Source: Steroidobacteraceae bacterium
GTDB lineage: Bacteria > Pseudomonadota > Gammaproteobacteria > Steroidobacterales > Steroidobacteraceae
Reading direction: 5' to 3'
Assembly: GCA_041485725.1 (NCBI GenBank)
Contig: JBGPKC010000001.1
Coordinates: 12,408 to 76,407 of the forward strand
DNA length: 64,000 nucleotides
The position numbers and the translations under genes were made by a program. Shown in pieces: positions 56,883 through 64,000 of this stretch. The notes below the pieces were generated by a model. The model did not search any database. It saw only the letters and a list, made by a program, of their open reading frames with translations, and had not been told where the DNA came from. Position 1 is the stretch's first letter; each line of letters opens with the position of its first letter.

Positions 56883-59800
56883 TCAGGAGAGCAGCTCGAC
56901 ATTGCCGCCGATGGCGGCGGTGTTGATGGTGAGCGTGCGCTCGGTTGCGAAGCGCAGCAGGTAATGCGGCCCCCCGGCCTTGGGTCCCGTGCCCGACAGG
57001 CCCTGGCCGCCGAACGGCTGCACGCCAACCACCGCGCCGATCATGTTGCGGTTCACGTAGGTGTTGCCCACCGGCAGCGCGTGGAACACGTGCTGGGCGA
57101 CGCTCTCGAGACGGCTGTGCACCCCGAGCGTAAGGCCGAAGCCGGTGCGGCGGATCGCCTCCAGCACCTGCGGCAGCTGCCCGCTGCGATAGCGCGCCAG
57201 GTGCAGGATCGGTCCGAACTCCTCGGTCCTGAGCTGATCGAGGCTGCGCAGCTCGAACAGGTGCGGCGGGAAGAAATGCCCCGCTGCGAGGCTGGCGTCG
57301 AGCTCGCAGGCATACAGCAGCTTCGCCTCGGCGCACATGCGCTCGGCATGCCTGCGCAGGCGCAGCTGCGAGGCCTCCGAGATCACCGGGCCGACATCGG
57401 TGGCCAGATCTCCCGGTGCGCCGATGGTCAGGCAGCGCATCGCGCCGATGAGCATCGCAATCACGCGCTCGGCGATTTCCTCCTGCAGGTACAGCACCCG
57501 CAGCGCCGAGCAGCGCTGGCCGGCGCTGTTGAACGCAGACATGATGACGTCGTCAACCACCTGTTCGGGCAGCGCGGTCGCATCGACCACCATGGCATTG
57601 ACGCCGCCGGTCTCGGCGATGAGCGGCACGATCGCGCCGTCGCGATTGGCGAGCGTGCGATTGATCGTGGCCGCGGTGGCGGTCGAGCCCGTGAACGCCA
57701 CACCGGCGAGCGCCGGGTGTGTGAGCGCCACCTCGCCGAACGCCACACCATCGGCCGGGGTGAGCTGCAGAGCCTCGGCCGGCACGCCCGCCTCATGCAG
57801 CAGGCAGGTCATGGCATGCGCGATGAGGGGCGTCGCGGGCGCCGGCTTCGCGACCACGGTGTTGCCGGCCGCGAGCGCCGCGGTGATCTGCCCGGCAAAG
57901 ATCGCCAGCGGGAAGTTCCACGGGCTGATGCATACGAACACGCCGCGGCCCTGGAGCGAGAGCGTGTTGCGCTCACCCGTCGGCCCCGGCAGCTCCTGCG
58001 GTGCCCCGAACAGCTCGCGGCCCCGTGCCGCGTAGTAGCGGCAGAAGTCGACCGCCTCGCGCAGCTCCGCCACCGCGTCCGGCAGCGTCTTACCGGCTTC
58101 GCGCACCAGCAGACTCAGGAACTGCCCGCGTCGCGCCTGCAACAGCTGCGCCGCGCGCGTGAGGCACGCGGCGCGCTCGGCCGCAGGCCGCGCGTCCCAG
58201 GCCGGCTGCGCCTCATGTGCACTCTGCAGCGCGCCGCGGATCTCATCCGCAGTCGCATCACGGGTGAGCCCCACCGTCTCGCGGGTGTCGGCGGGCGAAA
58301 CAACCGGCGTGCTCACATCCCGCGCACGGCGGCCGCTCAGAATCGGTCCGCCGGAATAACTCTCGCCGGCGTGCAGCTGCACTTCAGTCTGGAGCGCGGC
58401 GAGCGCAGCCGGGTCGCCGAAATCCTCGCCGTCGGAGTTGGCGCGCTCGGCACCATACAGTGCGTGTGGCTCGCGCACACGCGCCGCTCGGGTCGCTTCG
58501 GCATTCAGGGAAGAGATGGGATCGCGCACCACCTGCTCCACGGGAATCTGTGGGTTCATGAACTGATGGACGAAGGAGCTGTTGGCACCGTTCTCGAGCA
58601 GCCGCCGCACCAGGTACGGCAACAGCTCCTCGTGAGTGCCCACCGGCGCGTACACCCTGACCGGCGGCAGAGTGGGAACTTCGGCGCGCGCCGCCTCGTA
58701 GAGCGCCTCGCCCATGCCATGCAGGCGCTGGAACTCGTAACCAGCGCCCGCCGGCGCGAGCTCGAGCACCGCGGCTACCGTGTAGGCGTTGTGGGTGGCG
58801 AACTGCGGGTGGATCGCCGCGCCGGCGGCGAACAGATGGCGGGCGCACTCGAGGTAGCTCGCGTCCGTCGCGGCCTTCGAGGTGTACACCGGGAAGCTGG
58901 CGAGCCCGCGCTCCTGGGCACGCTTGATCTCACTGTCCCAGTACGCGCCCTTGACCAGTCGCACCGTCATCCGTCGCCCGCTGTCGCGTGCCAGTGCGGC
59001 CACCCAGTCGAGCACCAGCGGCGCGCGGCGGCCGTAGGCCTGCACCGCGAGTCCAAGCCCCTCCCAGGCGCGGGTCGCCGCATCCCTCGCCAGCGTCTCC
59101 ACGATGTCCAGCGACAGGTCGAGCCGGTCTGCCTCTTCGGCGTCGATGGTGAATCCGATACCGGCGCGCGCGGCGCGGCGCGCGAGCTCCACTATCCGCG
59201 GAGCGAGCTGCTCGTTGACGCGCTCGTTCTGCAGCTGCGTGTAACGCGGCTCGAGCGCCGACAGCTTCACCGAGATGCCGGAGCGGGCGTGCACCGACCC
59301 GGAAGTCTGCTCACCCAGGGCCTCGATCGCGTGGGCATACGCATCGAGGTAGCGCAGCGCGTCCGCTTCGGTGCGGGCGCCCTCGCCCAGCACGTCGAAG
59401 GAACACAGGGCGAGTCCGGGCTCGGAGCGGCCGCGCGCGAGCGCTGCGTCGATCGTCTCGCCGACAATGAACGCGTGCCCCAGCAGCTGCATCGACTGAC
59501 GCAGCGCCGCGCGCACGATGGGGGCGATCATCGGTTTGGTGAGGCTGGCGGCGGTGAATTCCCCGGACAGTTCCGCGGACACTTCCGGTAACAGCCGGCC
59601 CGCCGCGCCCAGCAGCGTGAACCCGGTTCTCAGCAGCAGGTCGGTGTCGCCCGGAACGCCGGCGTCGCGCACCGCGGCGAGCCGCTCGGCGATCAGCTGG
59701 TCGGCGCGCCTCGGGTCCGGCGTGCGCAACAGCGCCTCCGCCAGGCTCATGAGCGCCTTGCCCTGCGCGCTGTCGAGCGGGAACTGCTCGAGCATCCTGT

Positions 59801-60023
59801 CGACCAGCGGCCGGGAGCGTTTGTCCGCGCGCGCGGCTTCGACCCAGCGGGCGGCGCGGGTCGCGGCGCGCTCGAGCGCCGCCTGCGCCACGGACAGGTC
59901 CGCGAGCAATTCGTCGGAGGCATCCGCCTCCGGGCGCAGCGTCGCCGCGCGCAGCTGCGCGCGCAGCGCGGTGAGGTCAGTCACCTCGTGATTCACCTGT
60001 TGAGCCGCCGCGCCGTCACGCAT
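56883..60023 (-). CDS. putA: bifunctional proline dehydrogenase / L-glutamate-gamma-semialdehyde dehydrogenase
   Basis: 1046 aa. It has a PRODH barrel (VRLVKGAYWD, FATHNA) and an ALDH domain (FTGST, GQRCSA, EEFGP). No N-terminal RHH domain is evident. Confidence 0.93.
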   Translation of the reverse strand: MRDGAAAQQVNHEVTDLTALRAQLRAATLRPEADASDELLADLSVAQAALERAATRAARWVEAARADKRSRPLVDRMLEQFPLDSAQGKALMSLAEALLRTPDPRRADQLIAERLAAVRDAGVPGDTDLLLRTGFTLLGAAGRLLPEVSAELSGEFTAASLTKPMIAPIVRAALRQSMQLLGHAFIVGETIDAALARGRSEPGLALCSFDVLGEGARTEADALRYLDAYAHAIEALGEQTSGSVHARSGISVKLSALEPRYTQLQNERVNEQLAPRIVELARRAARAGIGFTIDAEEADRLDLSLDIVETLARDAATRAWEGLGLAVQAYGRRAPLVLDWVAALARDSGRRMTVRLVKGAYWDSEIKRAQERGLASFPVYTSKAATDASYLECARHLFAAGAAIHPQFATHNAYTVAAVLELAPAGAGYEFQRLHGMGEALYEAARAEVPTLPPVRVYAPVGTHEELLPYLVRRLLENGANSSFVHQFMNPQIPVEQVVRDPISSLNAEATRAARVREPHALYGAERANSDGEDFGDPAALAALQTEVQLHAGESYSGGPILSGRRARDVSTPVVSPADTRETVGLTRDATADEIRGALQSAHEAQPAWDARPAAERAACLTRAAQLLQARRGQFLSLLVREAGKTLPDAVAELREAVDFCRYYAARGRELFGAPQELPGPTGERNTLSLQGRGVFVCISPWNFPLAIFAGQITAALAAGNTVVAKPAPATPLIAHAMTCLLHEAGVPAEALQLTPADGVAFGEVALTHPALAGVAFTGSTATAATINRTLANRDGAIVPLIAETGGVNAMVVDATALPEQVVDDVIMSAFNSAGQRCSALRVLYLQEEIAERVIAMLIGAMRCLTIGAPGDLATDVGPVISEASQLRLRRHAERMCAEAKLLYACELDASLAAGHFFPPHLFELRSLDQLRTEEFGPILHLARYRSGQLPQVLEAIRRTGFGLTLGVHSRLESVAQHVFHALPVGNTYVNRNMIGAVVGVQPFGGQGLSGTGPKAGGPHYLLRFATERTLTINTAAIGGNVELLS

Positions 60024-60065
60024 GTCGCTTGGTCCGTTGGCCAGTCAATTACACTCATGATAGGC

Positions 60066-60081
60066 TATTCCATAGAGAATA
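60066..60081. promoter_or_regulatory. inverted repeat TATTC-N6-GAATA in the AT-rich putA / Lrp-regulator divergent intergenic region; candidate operator
   Basis: TATTC at 60066..60070 and GAATA at 60077..60081. The surrounding 98-bp spacer is conspicuously AT-rich compared with the rest of the window. Confidence 0.3.
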
Positions 60082-60121
60082 ATCGTCCGTTATAGCCACA
60101 TTAACAGCGAAATCAACTGCC

Positions 60122-60628
60122 ATGGCGCAAAAATCGACCTCCGCGACCGCCACTTCCCACCGCGGTCTCGACCGCATCGACCGGCGCCTGCTCGCGCGGC
60201 TGCAGCAGGACGGCCGTGCGGCAGTGTCCCAGCTCGCGCGCGAGGTGCACCTCACCGTGACACCGACGCTCGAGCGGGTGCGGCGCCTGGAGTCCGCCGG
60301 GTACATCGAGGGGTATTTCGCGCGCCTGAACCCGGCCAGGCTCGGGCTCGGCCTGCTCGCCTACGTGGAGGTGTTACTCGATCGCACCACGCCCGACGCC
60401 TTTGAGCGCTTCAAGCAGGTGATGCTGGCGCACGACGAGGTGATGGAGTGTCACATGGTGGCGGGAGGGTTCGACTACCTGCTGAAGGTACGCGTGACGG
60501 ATATGGAGAGTTACCGCCGCTTCCTCGGGGATCGCATCGCCGCGGTGCGCGGCGTGCAGCAGACCCACACCTACTTCGTGATGGAAGAAGTGAAGTCCAC
60601 ACACCGGATCATCGTGGCGGAGAGCTAA
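60122..60628 (+). CDS. Lrp/AsnC-family transcriptional regulator (PutR-like, divergent from putA)
   Basis: Has the HTH LDRIDRRLLARLQQDGRAAVSQLAREVHLT and a RAM/AsnC_trans_reg domain (VMECHMVAGGFDYLLKV). Confidence 0.88.
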   Translation: MAQKSTSATATSHRGLDRIDRRLLARLQQDGRAAVSQLAREVHLTVTPTLERVRRLESAGYIEGYFARLNPARLGLGLLAYVEVLLDRTTPDAFERFKQVMLAHDEVMECHMVAGGFDYLLKVRVTDMESYRRFLGDRIAAVRGVQQTHTYFVMEEVKSTHRIIVAES

Positions 60629-61821
60629 CCCGCCAGCACCTGCGCGGTTGCGCGCGCGAAGTACTCGAGGTTCTCCTGGCGCAGGCCCGCGATATTCATG
60701 CGGCTGTCGTCGGTCATGTAGACGTGATGGCGGGCGCGCAACTCGCGCACCTGCCCGGTGTTGATGCCGAGGAAGGAGAACATGCCGCGCTGCGTGGCGA
60801 TGAAACTGAAGTCGCGCTGCGGGCAGTGTTCCCTGAGCTGCTTCACCACCGCGTGCCGCAGGCCCTGGATACGCTGGCGCATGGCCGCGACTTCGTCCGC
60901 CCACGCTGCGCGCAGCGGCGCAGCGGCGAGGATTCCGTGCACGATGGCGGCGCCATGGTCCGGCGGCATCGACCAGATGCCGCGCGCGATGCGCACCAGC
61001 TGGCTGAAGCTGGCATCCGCCCCCGCCGGAGTTTCGTTGACGACGTGCAGCGCGCCGGTGCGCTCGCGGTACAGGCCGAAGTTCTTCGAGCACGACACGG
61101 CACACAGCACCTCGGGAAGCTCGGCACAGAACAGGCGCAGGCCGTACGCGTCCGCCTCCAGCCCGTCGCCCAGCCCCTGGTATGCCATGTCGATGAACGG
61201 CAGCAGCTGCCGCCGTTTCACCAGCGCGAGCAGCTCCCGCCATTGTGGCGGCGACAGATCCGCGCCGGTGGGGTTGTGGCAGGCGGCCTGCAGCAGCACC
61301 ACCGCCCGCGCCGGCAGACGCTCGAGCGCCGCCGTCATGCGATCGAACCGCACGCCACCGGTGGCGGGATCGAAGTATGGATAGCGCTGCAGCTCCAGTC
61401 CGCTGCCGCTCAGCAGCGGAGCGTGATTGGCCCAGGTGGGCGTGCTCACGTGCACGACCGAGTCCGGCGAAGCCGTGCGGATGAGCTCCGCCCCCAGTCG
61501 CAGGGCCCCGCAACCGCCGGGCGCCTGCACGGTGCGCACTCGTGCGGTGAGGCGCACCTCGTGCTCGTCGCCGAGGACCAACCGCTCCATGGCCTCATTG
61601 AATCCGGGGTTGCCCGCAGGGCCGACGTAGGTCTTGGTGCTCTGGCGCGCCAGCAGCGCACTCTCCGCCTGGCGCACCGCCTCGAGCACCGGCGTCTCGC
61701 CGCGATCGTCGCGATACACCCCGACACCGAGGTCCACCTTGCGCGGATCGGGGTCGGCGCGAAACGCGGCCATGAGGCCGAGGATCGGATCGGGAATGAC
61801 GCGCTCGAGCCGTTCAAACAT
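60625..61821 (-). CDS. tyrB: aromatic / aspartate aminotransferase (class I, AspC/TyrB type)
   Basis: Contains KVDLGVGVYRDD, HNPTGAD and SCSKNFGLYRERTGAL (PLP-Lys). 398 aa. Confidence 0.85.
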   Translation of the reverse strand: MFERLERVIPDPILGLMAAFRADPDPRKVDLGVGVYRDDRGETPVLEAVRQAESALLARQSTKTYVGPAGNPGFNEAMERLVLGDEHEVRLTARVRTVQAPGGCGALRLGAELIRTASPDSVVHVSTPTWANHAPLLSGSGLELQRYPYFDPATGGVRFDRMTAALERLPARAVVLLQAACHNPTGADLSPPQWRELLALVKRRQLLPFIDMAYQGLGDGLEADAYGLRLFCAELPEVLCAVSCSKNFGLYRERTGALHVVNETPAGADASFSQLVRIARGIWSMPPDHGAAIVHGILAAAPLRAAWADEVAAMRQRIQGLRHAVVKQLREHCPQRDFSFIATQRGMFSFLGINTGQVRELRARHHVYMTDDSRMNIAGLRQENLEYFARATAQVLAG

Positions 61822-61839
61822 GATGTGACTCCGCGGGAG

Positions 61840-63576
61840 CTACTGGCCGGCCAGGGCGCCGAGTGCCTGCTTGCGCGCCGCTTCGAACTCATCGCCGGGC
61901 TTCCACGTCGGCATGCCATCGGCCTGCGCGATGAGCCACGCAGACAGCATATCGAGCTGCGCGTCCTGAATCATGCCGTCGAAGTTCCAGCTGCCGTCGA
62001 GCCTGTCGGCCGGCTGATGGTATTTCTTCAGCTCCCACTCCTCGAGCTGCGTGCGGCCCCAGCCCGCCGGCCGGCCGATGACGTCTGTGCCGGCTGCGAA
62101 AAACAATGCCGGTACGCCGATCTTGGCGAATGAGAACTGGTCGGAGCGGTAGTAGTAGCCGCGGTCGGGGAACTGATCGGGCTTGAGTACGCGTCCCTGG
62201 AACTTGGCGACCCGCGCGGCGATCGCATCGAGCGAGGACTTGCCCATGCTGATCAGCGTCGCATCGCGGCTGCCGCCGAAAATGTTGCCGCCGTCGATGT
62301 TGATGTTGGCCGCGATGCGGCCGGCGGGGAACGAGGGATGCAGCGCATAGTAGCTCGAGCCGAGCAGCCCGCGCTCCTCGCCGGCGACGAACAGCGCCAG
62401 CACCGAGCGGCGCGGCCGCTGGTGGAGGGCGGCAAACGCCTGCGCGATCGCCAGTACCTGCGCGCAGCCCGAGGCGTTATCCACGGCCCCATGGTAGATG
62501 CGGTCGCCGCTGGCGTCCGGCTCGCCGATGCCGAAGTGATCGTGATGCGCCGACAGCACCACGACCTGCGCCGCCAGCTTCGGATCACTTCCGGGCAATA
62601 CCCCGCCGACGTTGGCGGTCTGCACGCGCGAGAGCTTGTTGCTGAACGCGACGGAGGTGCGGATGCCGAGCGGCACCGGCGTGAAATCACGCGAGCGGGC
62701 GGCCGCGAGCAGCCGGTCGAGATCCTGCCCGCTCGCGTTCAGCAGGCGCCGCGTCGCCTCCTCGGTGGCCCAGGCCTTCAGGCGCAGCCGCGGCTCGCTC
62801 CCGGCCGGCAGCTCGAATTGCTCACCGCCCCAGGAACTCTGCACCACCTGCCAGGGGTAGCCCGCGGAAGGCGTCGTGTGGATGACGATCGCGCCCGCGG
62901 CCTTCTGGCGCGCGGCGCTGGCGTACTTGTAATCCCAGCGGCCGTAATACAGGCGCCGCTTGCCGGCGAACAGATTCGGATCCCAGTCCGGGTCATTGTT
63001 CATCATCACGAGGATCTTGCCCGCGAGATCGGCGCCCTTGAAATCGTCCCACTGGTACTCCGGGGCCTGGATCCCGTAACCGACGAACACCAGTTCCGCG
63101 TCATCGAGCGCCACGCTCTCGCTCTGCAGTCCGCTCGCGGCGATGTAGTCATCCCGCCAGGCGAGGTCGACGCGCGCGTTCTTGCCCTGGAAGCTCCAGC
63201 TCTTCGGGAACTGCGACTGGATGCCGACGATGTCGAACGGCTGCTGCCAGGCTCCGGTGCCGAAGGCGGCCGTGTAGCCCATGCCCTCCAGCCGTGTCTG
63301 CAGGTACAGGCGCGTCAACTGATCTGCACGGGTGGCCGGTCCCCGGCCCTCGAGCAGGTCCGACGACAGGAAGCGGATCGGGGCCTCCAGCGCGCCGCGC
63401 GTGATGTAACTGCGCGCCACCTGCTCGACGGTATCGGGAACCGCCGGGGACTGGGCCACCGCAACTGCCACTGTCGCCAGCGTGGCAACGGCAAACACCG
63501 TGGCGAATCGCCCGAGCTCACGAACTGCAATCACGGCCGCTCCTCGCGTCCAAAGGGGCGCAACGGTAGCACGCAC
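61840..63576 (-). CDS. secreted M28-family metallopeptidase with PA (protease-associated) domain
   Basis: Has a signal-like N-terminus, the metal-ligand region SAHHDHFG...DNASGCA, and EERGLLGS. Confidence 0.75.
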   Translation of the reverse strand: MRATVAPLWTRGAAVIAVRELGRFATVFAVATLATVAVAVAQSPAVPDTVEQVARSYITRGALEAPIRFLSSDLLEGRGPATRADQLTRLYLQTRLEGMGYTAAFGTGAWQQPFDIVGIQSQFPKSWSFQGKNARVDLAWRDDYIAASGLQSESVALDDAELVFVGYGIQAPEYQWDDFKGADLAGKILVMMNNDPDWDPNLFAGKRRLYYGRWDYKYASAARQKAAGAIVIHTTPSAGYPWQVVQSSWGGEQFELPAGSEPRLRLKAWATEEATRRLLNASGQDLDRLLAAARSRDFTPVPLGIRTSVAFSNKLSRVQTANVGGVLPGSDPKLAAQVVVLSAHHDHFGIGEPDASGDRIYHGAVDNASGCAQVLAIAQAFAALHQRPRRSVLALFVAGEERGLLGSSYYALHPSFPAGRIAANINIDGGNIFGGSRDATLISMGKSSLDAIAARVAKFQGRVLKPDQFPDRGYYYRSDQFSFAKIGVPALFFAAGTDVIGRPAGWGRTQLEEWELKKYHQPADRLDGSWNFDGMIQDAQLDMLSAWLIAQADGMPTWKPGDEFEAARKQALGALAGQ

Positions 63577-63578
63577 CT

Positions 63579-64000
63579 TCAGGGGCCTGCGACTACGTCC
63601 CAGGGACCGTGGCCGGTCGTCACCTTGCCAATCACGGTGAGCGTATCGGTATCAACGACGGACATATCTCCCGAGGGCCCGTTGGCCGTGAAGAGACGTC
63701 TGCCGTCGGCGCTCAGCGCCAGCCCCCAGGGTCGAGCGCCCACGGCGACTTCGCCGATCAGCTTGCCGTCTTGCGGCGAGATCACCGCCACCGTACCGCC
63801 GCGCCCGGTGCTCACATACAGCCGCCCGCGCGCCGCGTCGAGCGCCATACCCATGGGACGCGCCTCCGCGCGCAGCTGCACGAGCTGCGTGGTCGGCGCA
63901 CCGCTCGGAAGTGAGATGCGATACACCGACGCATCAGCTTCCGCCGAGACGAAGGCGGTGCGGCTGTCGGGTGTGAAGGCGAGATCGCGCGGACGCTTGC
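63579..64000 (-). CDS. YVTN-type beta-propeller repeat protein, 3' portion only (the gene continues beyond the right edge)
   Basis: Repeats of the form GxxPWGLALSADGRRLFTANGPSGDMSVVD are present. The reading frame stays open upstream of the listed GTG through to position 64000 (KRPRDLAFTPDSRTAFVSAEADAS). Confidence 0.6.
   Translation of the reverse strand, partial: KRPRDLAFTPDSRTAFVSAEADASVYRISLPSGAPTTQLVQLRAEARPMGMALDAARGRLYVSTGRGGTVAVISPQDGKLIGEVAVGARPWGLALSADGRRLFTANGPSGDMSVVDTDTLTVIGKVTTGHGPWDVVAGP

Noticed and set aside
56712-59591. 959-aa ORF on the plus strand
   Set aside because: It is antisense to putA and has no recognisable motifs. This is a GC-rich frame artefact.
60625-60628. 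Convergent genes abutting or overlapping at their 3' ends (Lrp regulator/tyrB stop codons overlap as CTAA here; yyaL and putA stops 4 nt apart at 56876-56885)
   Set aside because: This is common in compact GC-rich genomes and is not evidence of a special mechanism.

Overview
This is a GC-rich, very gene-dense chromosomal core segment of a Gram-negative bacterium. The lptD-surA-pdxA-rsmA-apaG-apaH block, with amgK/murU next to lptD, points to a gammaproteobacterium. I can support about 59 protein-coding genes, mostly housekeeping, and I found no rRNA, tRNA, CRISPR array, transposase or integrase.

Gene content, left to right:
- A MoxR-associated DUF4350/DUF4129 membrane cluster.
- prmC-ppiB-mtgA.
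- A sahR-metF-metH methyl-cycle operon.
- hslO and gatCAB.
- The cell-shape and peptidoglycan block mreBCD-mrdA-rodA-mltB-rlpA-dacC-dat.
- A sulfate ABC importer with a co-operonic histidine kinase and response regulator.
- amgK-murU-lipA-lipB.
- lptD-surA-pdxA-rsmA-(usp)-apaG-apaH.
- A kynurenine-pathway cluster (3-HAO, formamidase, kynureninase, KMO).
- folA, kup, a SET-domain protein, thyA, lgt and rlmI.
- A YyaL-like thioredoxin-domain protein.
- putA with a divergent Lrp-type regulator.
- An aromatic aminotransferase, an M28 peptidase and a truncated beta-propeller gene.

I do not see a convincing wholly new system such as a defence island or mobile element. The most unusual observations are:
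- A two-component system translationally embedded in the sulfate transporter operon, whose CysA ATPase carries a USP-like C-terminal extension.
- A perfect 18-bp palindrome over an apparently leaderless promoter of the SahR-like regulator.
- A bacterial SET-domain methyltransferase start/stop-coupled to thyA.
- A bacterial tryptophan-to-quinolinate (kynurenine) gene cluster.

All product calls rest on my recognition of conserved motifs in the supplied translations. No database search was run. The ORF track prints GTG and TTG starts as M, so several starts were trimmed by hand and are approximate.
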